Source: an uncultured Alphaproteobacteria bacterium (lineage in GTDB: Bacteria; Pseudomonadota; Alphaproteobacteria; MPNO01; DASWLB01). Taken from it: a stretch of DNA of 64,000 nucleotides. Location of the stretch: assembly GCA_963817535.1 (NCBI GenBank), contig CAWFOW010000011.1:160398-224397 (forward strand), in the 5' to 3' direction. The notes beneath the pieces are model-generated. The model had not been told where the DNA came from, ran no database searches, and worked only from the letters and a program-made list of their open reading frames with translations. This document shows positions 27,273-36,533 of the stretch, one piece after another. Positions within the stretch are counted from its first letter, which is position 1. Each line of letters opens with the position of its first letter. Both the position numbers and the translations under genes were made by a program.

Positions 27273-28497
27273 TTTCTTGCTTGCGGGATCGTCCCTCGCG
27301 CTGGCTGGCCCCGCTGCGGCGGAGCGCCCGCCCGACCCGGCGCGTTCCCTCTCCGCAAGGGGCTATGGCACGCGCGGCGATGGGCAGACCGATGACACGG
27401 CGGCGTTGCAGCGGGCGCTGGACGCGACCTTCGTCGGGCCGGAACCGGGGCTGCTGACCATCGAGCCCGGCACCTACCGGGTCACGAGGCCGCTTCGCAT
27501 CACGTTCGCCGACAAGGGCAGCCAGCATCGCTACACGCGCCGGCACGGCATCGCGGCGCGCGGCGTTCGCATTCTGTCCGAAATTTCCGGTGGCAACGTC
27601 ATCGACATCAAGTCGGAGGCGACCGACCGATTTCTGCTGATCGAGGGAATCGAGATTCAGGGACGCGGCAAGGAAGGTCACGGCCTGTCTCTGAGCTGCA
27701 GCGGGCGCGGGCACTATCTCTACAATTTCTGCCTGCGCGACGTGACGGTCCAGGGCTGCGGCGGCGACGGGCTACGTATGATCGGCAACATCTTCGAAGG
27801 GCAGCTTTACGATTCGTACTTCCGCGACAACAAGGGCAACGGCGCGACGTTCGGCCACGACAAGTCGGGTGGCGTGCTGTCGGCCGTACATGTGTTCGGC
27901 GCGGTGTTCGGCGGAAATGGCGGCGACGGCGCGGCGCTGATCGACGGGGCCGCCGATGTGGGGTTCCACGGCTGCTATTTCCTTCTTAATGACCGGTACG
28001 GGCTGAACGCGGGCAGCGGGTGCACGCTGCTCGCCAATTGCGGCTTCGAGAACAACCATCGCAAGGCACGCGGCTTCGCCGAAGGCGATGCCGGGATCCG
28101 GCTGATGGTGGAGGGCACCCTGATCGGCTGCACCGCCTATTCGATCCACAACCAGACGCATCTTGTGCGTGCCTTCATTTCCAACCGGCTGGTCATGGTG
28201 GGATGTCACGGTCGCGGCGGCGGTGGTGCCAGGCACGCCGGGCTCGCCAAGCTGCAGGGAAACGGCAAGGGCATGGCCACCCTGATCGGCTGCTACGGCG
28301 CGGTTGCCGACAGTGGCGGAATCGGCACGGTCGAGGTCGGCGGGCACGCGGGCGGCGTCCGGTTCGGCTCGCGCTGGGACAGTCCGGCGCTGCCGCGGCT
28401 GGGCGACTACACGCTCTGGGTGGACGGCTCGGGCCGGCTCCGCATCAAACGCGGATCGCCCCGATCCGATGCCGATGGGGGTCCTGTGGGCGCATGA
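27259..28497 (+). CDS. Tat-exported right-handed parallel beta-helix protein (pectate-lyase-3 / glycanase-like)
   Basis: ATG 27259 lies 14 nt inside the upstream GT gene. Twin-arginine signal MRRRDFLLAGSSLALAGPAAA. An opening GYGTRGDGQTDDTAALQRALDA is followed by Gly/Asn-rich beta-helix repeats. Confidence 0.75.
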   Translation: MRRRDFLLAGSSLALAGPAAAERPPDPARSLSARGYGTRGDGQTDDTAALQRALDATFVGPEPGLLTIEPGTYRVTRPLRITFADKGSQHRYTRRHGIAARGVRILSEISGGNVIDIKSEATDRFLLIEGIEIQGRGKEGHGLSLSCSGRGHYLYNFCLRDVTVQGCGGDGLRMIGNIFEGQLYDSYFRDNKGNGATFGHDKSGGVLSAVHVFGAVFGGNGGDGAALIDGAADVGFHGCYFLLNDRYGLNAGSGCTLLANCGFENNHRKARGFAEGDAGIRLMVEGTLIGCTAYSIHNQTHLVRAFISNRLVMVGCHGRGGGGARHAGLAKLQGNGKGMATLIGCYGAVADSGGIGTVEVGGHAGGVRFGSRWDSPALPRLGDYTLWVDGSGRLRIKRGSPRSDADGGPVGA

Positions 28498-29776
28498 GCG
28501 CCGCACGCCGGGCGCGCCGACGCGCGCGACGGGGGCCGTCGGCCAGCGTCTCGTACATCTGTATGAGGCGCGCGTTGAGCACGCGGTTGTCGAAATCGAC
28601 AGCCACCTTATTGCGTGCATTGAAGGCAAGCCAATCGGCGAAGCGCGGCGTCTCGGCAAGGCTGCGCAAGGTAGCGGCCAGCGAATCCGCGTCGCGTTCG
28701 GGAACCAGTAGGCCCGCGACCCCGTGCTGCACCAGCTCGGGGATGGCGCTGTGCCAGGTCGCGACGACCGGTAGTCCGCTCGCCATCGCCTCCATCAACG
28801 TGACCGGGATCCCTTCCTGGTCGCCGTTGGCGTCCGTTGCGCTCGGGGCCACCAGCACGTCGTGCTCGTAATACATGCGTCGCACGGTGTCGGCGTCGCA
28901 CCACCCGGCAAAGCGCACATTGCGCGCCAGAGTGCCGGACCCGACCGCGTTCTCGAGAGCTGCGCGCTGCTCGCCGTCGCCAACGATGGTCAACTCGGCA
29001 GCCACGCCGTGGCGCCGCAGCCGTCGAACGGCCTCCACCGCATAGCTGAAGCCCTTCTTTTCGACCAGCCGCCCGACGCACAGGATACGCAGCGGCGTAC
29101 GTCCACCGGACAGCGGCGTGCGCGCTTGGTAGGGGAATCGCGCAAGGTCGATTCCCATGTGATGGACGACCGTGCGGTCCGGGGGGCAGCCATGAGCGAC
29201 CAGCCGGTCGCGCCATCGCTCGCTGATCGGAAGGAACAAATCGCCATTGGCGAACAGATGGCGGTAGAGGTCGGGATCGGCGTCGAGGCACGCGCTCACG
29301 TCGACGCCGTGGAACGTGACCGCGAGCCGGCCGCGCAAGGCGCCGGCCTCGCGCAGGGCGGCAGCGGTCTGGCCGACCGTGCCGAAATGGCAGTGGACCA
29401 CGTCGAAGGGCCGAATGCCCTCCAGCCGCGCCGCCCAATAGAACAGCGATAGCGATGCAGCTTCGCGGCCATAGCGCCGCGCATCGAGCATGCGCCAAGC
29501 GAAAGCCTTGCGGTGTGCGATGATCTGGGCCGCCAGGACCGCACCGTGGGCGAGGCGCTTCGCATGCGGCTCGGGCATGTCGCGATAGATCGTCCGACCG
29601 GCGAGGCCCCAACGCGCCACGTCGGGATGGACCAGCGCGTCCGCGCGTGGCCGGTCGGCCAGGACGGTCACCTCGTGCCCGGCTTCGAGGAGACCGGTGA
29701 CATGGTTCAGGACGAACGTCTCGCTCAGCGCGGGAAACTCATGCGCCATAACCGCTATGCGCAGCCGGCGCGTCAT
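28445..29776 (-). CDS. Glycosyltransferase family 4 (WcaL/AmsK-like)
   Basis: The N-terminus LRIAVMAHEFPALSETFVLNHV and the C-terminal motif …APSATDANGDQEGIPVTLMEAMASGLPVVAT… fit GT4. Its 3' end overlaps the convergent beta-helix gene by 53 nt. Confidence 0.85.
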   Translation of the reverse strand: MTRRLRIAVMAHEFPALSETFVLNHVTGLLEAGHEVTVLADRPRADALVHPDVARWGLAGRTIYRDMPEPHAKRLAHGAVLAAQIIAHRKAFAWRMLDARRYGREAASLSLFYWAARLEGIRPFDVVHCHFGTVGQTAAALREAGALRGRLAVTFHGVDVSACLDADPDLYRHLFANGDLFLPISERWRDRLVAHGCPPDRTVVHHMGIDLARFPYQARTPLSGGRTPLRILCVGRLVEKKGFSYAVEAVRRLRRHGVAAELTIVGDGEQRAALENAVGSGTLARNVRFAGWCDADTVRRMYYEHDVLVAPSATDANGDQEGIPVTLMEAMASGLPVVATWHSAIPELVQHGVAGLLVPERDADSLAATLRSLAETPRFADWLAFNARNKVAVDFDNRVLNARLIQMYETLADGPRRARRRARRAALMRPQDPHRHRIGAIRV

Positions 29777-31050
29777 GTCGCGGCTCCCGCGCCCATCACC
29801 ACGTTGCGCACCAGCGTCCCGGCGGCGAGCGCCTTGTGGCGCTCGGCGGCAACGCGTCGCCCGAGCCCTGAGCCGATCTCGGTGCGGACGCGCAGCAGCC
29901 GGTCGAAGGAATTGATCAGCCGCTCGCCTGTCGCATCTTCGAAATCGACCACCAGCTCGCCGAACCCGACCCGCTGCAGCAGCTCGCGCGTCTTGAACTC
30001 ATAGGCGATGCCGAGAACCGGACGACCGGCCGAAAGCGCCAGGATGGCGGCGTGCATTCGCGTCGCGACGACCAGGTCGAACGCGCGGAACTGCGCGATC
30101 AGCGCCTCGGGCCGGCGATGGGCGCGATCGACCGCCACCGACAGCCGAAGCTGCGCGGGCAGGCGCGCGACAACCGCATCGGCGACGCGGGAATCGTCCG
30201 TCCAGTATTCCGCGATGCCCTGGCAGGTGGAGAGGAACGTCACCTGAGCGCCGTGGCGGCCGACCATGTCCGAAACCAGGGCCGCGACGCCATCGAGATA
30301 GCGCTCCATGCCGTCACCGGCGCGGCTCTTGTCGAAGTGCGGCCAGTCGCGAAGCGACACCGCGACCCGGAGCGGCGTATTGGCGGTGGGGACTGTCTCG
30401 CCCTCGATGCTCGCCGGGGCCAAGGCGAAGGCGGCGTCGGCGGTGACGACGATGCGCGCGTCGGGAACGCGCAACGCGCGCAGGTGTCGGCGTGACGGCT
30501 CGTCCCGGACCAGTATCAGGCGGCAGCGGCGCAGGATCGCGCCCAGAACGGCGCGACGCGGGCCGGGCGGGAAGGGACCGAGGCTCTGGGTGAACAGCAC
30601 CAGCTTGCGCCCGAGCGCCAGGCACAGCAGAAAATTGACGATTCGCGGCGTCAGGTCGTAGTGCGGCACGAGATAGGTTCCACCGGTCGCGATCACGACG
30701 TCGCACGCAGCGGTACGGCCCATCGCCTCCGCGAGTGCCGGGGGCAGGCGCCGGCGGAGCATCCGGCCTATGGCGTGCCGCCACGTCAGGGCGGCGAGGA
30801 ACGCCAGTGCGAAAGCCAGCTTGAGGCGCGGCCCCTTGCCCGCCCACCGCACCAGGCAGGCATGGAGGGTGGGTCGGAACGTGAGTTCGGGATAGTAGCG
30901 CCGGGCCGCGGCGGGCTGCAGATCGGCGATCTCGAACTTCGTGTCGGGACCGAACGACGCCTTGAGTGCACGCAGCGCACCCAGAAGGATCGCCGCGTCG
31001 CCGGTGTTCAGCGCGACGGTATCGGTGATCAGGAGCCGGACCGGTGCCAT
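29773..31050 (-). CDS. Polysaccharide pyruvyl transferase family protein
   Basis: ORF 29773-31599 trimmed to ATG 31050. PS_pyruv_trans pattern: LLITDTVALNTGDAAILLG, DVVIATGGTYL, VATRMHAAILALSAGRPVLGIAYEFK. Confidence 0.8.
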   Translation of the reverse strand: MAPVRLLITDTVALNTGDAAILLGALRALKASFGPDTKFEIADLQPAAARRYYPELTFRPTLHACLVRWAGKGPRLKLAFALAFLAALTWRHAIGRMLRRRLPPALAEAMGRTAACDVVIATGGTYLVPHYDLTPRIVNFLLCLALGRKLVLFTQSLGPFPPGPRRAVLGAILRRCRLILVRDEPSRRHLRALRVPDARIVVTADAAFALAPASIEGETVPTANTPLRVAVSLRDWPHFDKSRAGDGMERYLDGVAALVSDMVGRHGAQVTFLSTCQGIAEYWTDDSRVADAVVARLPAQLRLSVAVDRAHRRPEALIAQFRAFDLVVATRMHAAILALSAGRPVLGIAYEFKTRELLQRVGFGELVVDFEDATGERLINSFDRLLRVRTEIGSGLGRRVAAERHKALAAGTLVRNVVMGAGAAT

Positions 31051-31061
31051 CGCGCACACCG

Positions 31062-32021
31062 TCACGCGTGCTCGGTGGCGGGCTCGCGGGTGAAGGCCGC
31101 CCAGGTCCGGCGCAGCCCCTCCGCAAGCGAGGTCGAGGCGCGCCAGCCGAGCGCATCGAGGCGCGTAACATCGAGAAGCTTCTGCGGCGTGCCGTCGGGC
31201 ATGTCGGTGCGGAACCGGAGTGGGCCGGGCAGGCCCGCGATCTCGCGGATCATGTCGGACAGCTCGGCGATCGAGACGTCGGTGCCGGTGCCGACATTGA
31301 TGTGCATCTCGTCCGAATAGCACCTCATCAGGTGCACGCAGGCATCGGCCGCATCGTCGACATAGAGGAACTCGCGCCGCGGCCGGCCGGTGCCCCAGAC
31401 CTCCAGCTCGCGCTCGCCGGCTTCGCGGGCGGCGCGCGCCTTTGCCATCAGCCCGCCGATGACGTGGCCCGACGTGACGTCGAAATTGTCGGCCGGCCCA
31501 TACAGGTTCGTCGGCATCGCCGAAATGAAGTCGCAGCCATGCTGGCGGCGATAGGCCTGGCAAAGCTTGACGCCGGCGATCTTGGCGATGGCGTACCACG
31601 CGTTGGTCGGCTCGAGCTGGCCCTCCAGCAATTCTTCTTCGCGGATCGGCTGCGCGGCATATTTTGGATAGATGCAGGACGAGCCGAGGAACAGCAGTTT
31701 CCGGACGCCGGTACGGCGGGCCGCCTCGATCACATTGGTCGCGATCATCAGATTGTCATAGAGGAACTCGGCCGGCCGCGTGTCGTTGGCATGGATTCCG
31801 CCGACGGTGGCGGCGGCGAGGAACACGGCGTCGGGCCGGTTTCCGGCAAGCCAGGCCTCGACGCGGGCCTGGCGGCGCAGATCGAGCTCGCGACTCGTCG
31901 CGGTCAGGATCTCGCAGTCCTCGCGCTCGAGCCGGCGGACCAGCGCGCTGCCCACCATGCCGGTATGGCCCGCCACCCAGACCTTCTTGCCAGCGAGGTC
32001 GTAGCGGGCTGGACTAAGCAT
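31062..32021 (-). CDS. fcl: GDP-L-fucose synthase (GDP-4-keto-6-deoxy-D-mannose 3,5-epimerase/4-reductase)
   Basis: Motifs: [50 protein letters not shown] and [12 protein letters not shown]. It lies directly downstream of gmd with an 8-nt overlap. Confidence 0.9.
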   Translation of the reverse strand: MLSPARYDLAGKKVWVAGHTGMVGSALVRRLEREDCEILTATSRELDLRRQARVEAWLAGNRPDAVFLAAATVGGIHANDTRPAEFLYDNLMIATNVIEAARRTGVRKLLFLGSSCIYPKYAAQPIREEELLEGQLEPTNAWYAIAKIAGVKLCQAYRRQHGCDFISAMPTNLYGPADNFDVTSGHVIGGLMAKARAAREAGERELEVWGTGRPRREFLYVDDAADACVHLMRCYSDEMHINVGTGTDVSIAELSDMIREIAGLPGPLRFRTDMPDGTPQKLLDVTRLDALGWRASTSLAEGLRRTWAAFTREPATEHA

Positions 32022-33075
32022 TGTAGTAGCGGTTGCGCGTGAGCAGGACGCGGTCTGCGTCGATCATCTGCGCCACCATCTCACGGAAGCCGATCGTATG
32101 ACGCCAGCCGAGCTTCTCCCGTGCCTTCGATGGATCGCCCAGCAGATAGTCGACTTCGGTGCGGCGGAAGAAGGCCGGGTCGATCGCGACCAGCACCTCG
32201 CCCGAACGCGCGCAACGGCCGGTTTCCTGAACGCCGTGCCCGGTCCACTCGATCGGCCGGCCGATATAGTCGAACGCGTACGCCACGAACTCGCGGACCG
32301 AATGCACCTCGCCGGTCGCCAGCACGTAGTCGTCCGGCTTGTCCTGCTGCAGGATGCGCCACATCCCGTCGACATAGTCGCGCGCGTGGCCCCAGTCGCG
32401 TTTCGAGTCGAGATTCCCCAGATAGAGCCGGTCCTGCACGCCGCGCTCGATGGCGGCGACGGCGCGGGTGATCTTGCGGGTGACGAACGTCTCGCCGCGC
32501 GTCGGGCCCTCGTGGTTGAACAGGATGCCGTTCGAGGCATGGATGTCGTACGCCTCGCGGTAGTTCACCGTGATCCAGTAGGCGTACAGCTTCGCTGCGG
32601 CGTAGGGGCTCCGCGGATAGAACGGCGTCGTCTCGCGCTGCGGGATCTCCTGGGCCTTGCCGAACAGCTCCGACGTCGAGGCCTGGTAGAACCGCGTCTT
32701 GTCGCATAGCCCTAGCACGCGGATCGCCTCGAGCAGGCGCAGCGTGCCGAGCGCATCGGCGTTGCCGGTATATTCGGGCGTTTCGAAGCTCACCTGCACG
32801 TGGCTCTGCGCCGCAAGATTGTAGATCTCGTCGGGCTGGACCTCCTGGATCAACCGCACCAGGTTCATCGCGTCCGTCAAGTCGCCGTAATGCATGCGGA
32901 AGCGCACGTCCTCCTCGTGCGGGTCGACATACAGGTGGTCGACGCGGCCGGTATTGAACGACGACGACCGGCGCTTGACGCCGTGCACCTGGTAGCCCTT
33001 GCCCAGCAGGTGCTCGGCGAGGTAGGCGCCGTCCTGGCCGGTGACCCCGGTGATCAGTGCGACCTTGCTGCCCAT
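32014..33075 (-). CDS. gmd: GDP-mannose 4,6-dehydratase
   Basis: ORF 32014-33498 trimmed to ATG 33075. Classical Gmd sequence: [32 protein letters not shown]..., [30 protein letters not shown]. Confidence 0.95.
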   Translation of the reverse strand: MGSKVALITGVTGQDGAYLAEHLLGKGYQVHGVKRRSSSFNTGRVDHLYVDPHEEDVRFRMHYGDLTDAMNLVRLIQEVQPDEIYNLAAQSHVQVSFETPEYTGNADALGTLRLLEAIRVLGLCDKTRFYQASTSELFGKAQEIPQRETTPFYPRSPYAAAKLYAYWITVNYREAYDIHASNGILFNHEGPTRGETFVTRKITRAVAAIERGVQDRLYLGNLDSKRDWGHARDYVDGMWRILQQDKPDDYVLATGEVHSVREFVAYAFDYIGRPIEWTGHGVQETGRCARSGEVLVAIDPAFFRRTEVDYLLGDPSKAREKLGWRHTIGFREMVAQMIDADRVLLTRNRYYNA

Positions 33076-34388
33076 GACGTACTCCTCTCGCGAATGGGCG
33101 GCGGTTGCGCGGCCGCCCTGCGGTCCTCGATTGAACTGCCGCGGCGGGACAAGGTTCCGCCCGGCTGACGCGTCATCTCCGCGGCGATGCGCGCGGCGAC
33201 GTGATCCCAGGAGTAGGATGCGGCGACATGCTGCTGGCCGGCGGCTCCCATCGCGGCGAGTCGTTCGGGCTCGCCAAGGGCGGCGAGGATCGCCTCCGCC
33301 AGCGCGTCCGGATCGGGCTCCGCCACCAGGAAGCCGTAGCGCCCGTTGCCGATGATCTCGGGCAGGCCGTTGCGGGCGAGGCCCACGACCGGGGTGCGCG
33401 ACGCCAGCGCCTCCAGATAGACCTGGCCCCAGGGATCGTTCAGCATCGGCTGCACCAGCAGCGCCGCCTCGCGGTAGAGCGCTTGCAGCCCCTCCCACGG
33501 CAGGAAGTCGTAGAACTCGATGCCCGGCTCTGCGGCAAGCGCGTCGGATGGGGATCTTGCGACGATGCGAAGCCGCGTTTCGGGCCGCGCCGCACGCACC
33601 CGGCGGAACGCCTCGACCAACAACGGGCCGCCCTTTTCGACGAATAGGTGCTTGGCGACGAAGAGCAGCGTGCCGGCCGAATAGTCCTTGGGGCCATGGT
33701 ACGGCGCGACGGGTCCCATGCCCGATCCCACGACCGTCACGCGTTCCGGGGCGACACCGTAATGGGTGGTCAGCTCGTCGCGTACATAGCCGCCGAACGT
33801 GAAGATATGGGCGAGCCCGTCATACAACTCCTGCTCCTGCGCCTCGACGCGGCGGAGATAGCCGGCGCCGAGCCGTTCCGCGCCGTGGAGATGGCGCAGC
33901 GCAAGCGACCAGCAATGGTCGCAATAGAGGTAGTGGGGCGGTCCATCTGCCTCGATGGCCGGCAGGTCGAACGTGCCGGTATGCAGCACCGCGTCGAGGC
34001 GGTGTGCTTGAGCCATCCGTGCGACCGTGCGCGCCCCGTGCCTGCGGGCCGCCGCATCGCGCCGCACATGCTGGCCTTCGAGCGGGGCCCCGCCGCGGCG
34101 CAGAACGTCGATCGCGAACAGATATTTCTGGTGCGGCCGGAAGCCAGAATCGATGCCGACCACCTCGGCACCGAGCCGACGCAACGCTGCGGCCAGGTTA
34201 CTAGGCGCGCCGGACCAGGTGCGCGGGTCGAGCGGGTCGCCGAAGACGCTGGAGATGCCGATCCGGAGCCCGTCAAGACGTGCTACCTCGGCTTCCGCTT
34301 CGACCTCCGCCATCGACCGTGCCATCCGCCCCTTCACCGCGCAAACCGCGGCGCGTGGCCCGGTGAAGGCCATCGCGCCGCCCTTCAA
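33054..34388 (-). CDS. Glycosyltransferase (GT-B, GT4-like)
   Basis: GT-B pattern (…[10 protein letters not shown]…, …[14 protein letters not shown]…, …[24 protein letters not shown]…). The start is ambiguous: TTG 34388, ATG 34373, 34325 or 34313. It overlaps the gmd start by 22 nt. Confidence 0.7.
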   Translation of the reverse strand: MKGGAMAFTGPRAAVCAVKGRMARSMAEVEAEAEVARLDGLRIGISSVFGDPLDPRTWSGAPSNLAAALRRLGAEVVGIDSGFRPHQKYLFAIDVLRRGGAPLEGQHVRRDAAARRHGARTVARMAQAHRLDAVLHTGTFDLPAIEADGPPHYLYCDHCWSLALRHLHGAERLGAGYLRRVEAQEQELYDGLAHIFTFGGYVRDELTTHYGVAPERVTVVGSGMGPVAPYHGPKDYSAGTLLFVAKHLFVEKGGPLLVEAFRRVRAARPETRLRIVARSPSDALAAEPGIEFYDFLPWEGLQALYREAALLVQPMLNDPWGQVYLEALASRTPVVGLARNGLPEIIGNGRYGFLVAEPDPDALAEAILAALGEPERLAAMGAAGQQHVAASYSWDHVAARIAAEMTRQPGGTLSRRGSSIEDRRAAAQPPPIRERSTSWAARSH

Positions 34389-34468
34389 TAAGAGCGGCCG
34401 GGGACCGCTTTGTTCCAGTGACCAGAACGTGATTGCCCCGCGTCATGAATGGGACAGAAGGCCTGCCG

Positions 34469-36043
34469 TCAGCGGGGCGGGAAGAACTGGTAGAGCCAGG
34501 TTTCGGTGAGGGTCTTGGTCCCAAGCCGGAGGAACAGGCGCAAATTCACAGGGTCCGGACCCGCGATGCGTGCATCGAACAGCGCCCGCCACCGTTTGGT
34601 GCCGACCACCTTGATGACATAGGCGTTGTCGACGGACCCGCGCGACACGACGACCACCGGCGTCACGTCGAACCGGGCGGCCATGTCGGTGAGCACACCA
34701 CCTTCGAAATCGACCACGAATTTCCACTTCTCCCGATCGTCGTGCGTCGATGCGCCGGGAATGCCGCCGTGCCCGATGCGCGTGGCGACCACCCGCCCGA
34801 TGCTTGCCGGCGGAAACGGATTGTCGTTGCTCCAGTGCAACCTGTAGGCGAGCGGCATGGTTCCGCCTGCCTTGATCTCGCGCGCCGCGTGCCAGTAGGC
34901 GACGATGTTGTCGTGGATCTCGTCGTCGGTGGGGATTTCGACGAGCTGCACCGCGCCGGCGCCCCAATCGCCTTTCGGCTCGATCCAGATGCTTGGGCGG
35001 CGGTTGTAGAAAGCGCCGTCGTCCTGGTAGTCATCGAACGCGCGGTCACGCTGCATCAGGCCGAAACCGCGCGGGTTGACGTCGGCGAAGGAATTGGTCT
35101 GAACGACGGGCGGGTTCACCAGCGGGCGCCAGATCCGCTCGCCCATGCCGGTCCACAGCGCCAACCCGTCGCTGTCATGGATCTCCGGCCGCCAGTCGGT
35201 GGCCAGGCGCCGGTTGTTCTCGCCGTACCAGTACATGCTGGTCAAGGGCGCGATGCCCAGGCGGGCAATGTCCGATCGGAAGTACAGGTCCGCCGACACG
35301 TCGATGATCGCGCCCGTTTCCTTGGTGGCGTCGAACCGGTAGGCGCCGGTAAGGCTCGGCCCATCCAGAAGCGCGTATATCGTAATGGCGTTTCCCGACC
35401 GGTCGGGCTCGGCCAGCCAGAACGCGACGAAGCGGGGGAACTCCTCGGTGGTCGACAGTGCGGTGTTGACCGCGACGCCGCGTGCCGAAGCCCCGTACTG
35501 GTTTTCGGCCCCGGCGCTCCGGAAGTAGCTCGCCCCCTGGAAGGCCAGCCAGTCCGTTGCGGCCTCCGGGCCGTTCATAACGCGAAATCCCGAATAGCCG
35601 ACATCAGCGGGCAGCCTGGCCGCCAGATCGGTGTTGCCGAAATCGAAATCGTCGGGCGAATAGATGAGCTGGCGCGCGACGCCGTCTTCGATCCCGTATA
35701 TGCGCACCGGCAATGCATTGAACCTGTCGAGCGGGAACAGGCGGACTGGAAAGGGGCCCGCACCGTTCGGCCAAAGCTCGCGGTCGGAGCGGAACTTGAT
35801 CTTCTGTACGACGTCGAAATCGATCGACTCGATCAGCTTTGGCACGGGCGGTGGCGATGCAACGTAAGGCTTCGCCGCCAGCGCCTGGGCTTGACCTTTG
35901 AGCCGATCCAGGTTGAACGGGTGCGGCGGGCCGAACCGCCCCTTGCCCAGTGCGGCGCGCGCGGGCAGGGCGCCAAGGCCGGCGATGGCAAGCGCCCACG
36001 GCGCGCTGATGGCGAGGAAGCGTCGGCGGCTGAACGTCGGCAT
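34469..36043 (-). CDS. opgD: Periplasmic glucan biosynthesis protein, Tat-exported (OpgD/MdoD-type)
   Basis: ORF 34469-36301 trimmed to ATG 36043. Twin-arginine signal MPTFSRRRFLAISAPWALAIAGLGALPARA. MdoG/MdoD-family pattern along the whole length. Confidence 0.85.
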   Translation of the reverse strand: MPTFSRRRFLAISAPWALAIAGLGALPARAALGKGRFGPPHPFNLDRLKGQAQALAAKPYVASPPPVPKLIESIDFDVVQKIKFRSDRELWPNGAGPFPVRLFPLDRFNALPVRIYGIEDGVARQLIYSPDDFDFGNTDLAARLPADVGYSGFRVMNGPEAATDWLAFQGASYFRSAGAENQYGASARGVAVNTALSTTEEFPRFVAFWLAEPDRSGNAITIYALLDGPSLTGAYRFDATKETGAIIDVSADLYFRSDIARLGIAPLTSMYWYGENNRRLATDWRPEIHDSDGLALWTGMGERIWRPLVNPPVVQTNSFADVNPRGFGLMQRDRAFDDYQDDGAFYNRRPSIWIEPKGDWGAGAVQLVEIPTDDEIHDNIVAYWHAAREIKAGGTMPLAYRLHWSNDNPFPPASIGRVVATRIGHGGIPGASTHDDREKWKFVVDFEGGVLTDMAARFDVTPVVVVSRGSVDNAYVIKVVGTKRWRALFDARIAGPDPVNLRLFLRLGTKTLTETWLYQFFPPR

Positions 36044-36211
36044 GTCGATCCCTGGTTCGAACACGATCACTGCGCCGGCGCACGTGGGCACAGGACCCCG
36101 CCCGGCAAGCACGCCTCGCATTCCGGGATCGTCGCGAGCATCTGTCGCACGTCCGCGTACGGAACCGGTGCGGTCCTGCGCACGTTCGGGATGTCGAGTG
36201 CATTCGGCGCA

Positions 36212-36228
36212 GTGCAATGACGTTGCAC
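36212..36228. promoter_or_regulatory. Palindrome in the opgD/opgH divergent intergenic region
   Basis: GTGCAA-tgacg-TTGCAC (36212-36228) within the 486-nt gap between start codons 36043 (-) and 36530 (+). Confidence 0.2.
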
Positions 36229-36299
36229 CGCACGAAAAGTTCCGATCATCGATTGACCACATTGCGTGCGCGCGGGAACGGATTAGGAGAAGTCCCATC

Positions 36300-36533
36300 A
36301 TGGTGAGGGAGCATCAGCGAAATTCGATCGTCGACGCGGATCTGGACGACGGACCGCCGGACCGGATCGACAGCACGGCCGCCACGCCGCCGCGTTGCCC
36401 CGCCGGCATGCCGGTCCAGAGGATCGAGTTCTGGACGCCGGGCCGCATCGGGGTCGCCATGGTGCGGTTGGTGACGATGCGGCCACACGCCGCGATGCCG
36501 GTCGCTGTCGCGGCAATCCGCGTACGTCGATGA
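36300..36533 (+). CDS. Candidate 77-codon upstream ORF overlapping the opgH start (or a displaced opgH N-terminus)
   Basis: AGGAGA (36285-36290) lies 9 nt before ATG 36300. Third-position GC is high throughout the ORF. The stop TGA 36531-36533 overlaps the opgH ATG at 36530 (ATGA). I recognise no domain. Confidence 0.3.
   Translation: MVREHQRNSIVDADLDDGPPDRIDSTAATPPRCPAGMPVQRIEFWTPGRIGVAMVRLVTMRPHAAMPVAVAAIRVRR

Noticed and set aside
36049-36062. GGTTCGAAC sequence resembling a tRNA T-loop
   Set aside because: I could find no acceptor-stem, D-arm or anticodon-arm pairing around it. It sits immediately upstream of the opgD start codon. It is probably a chance match.
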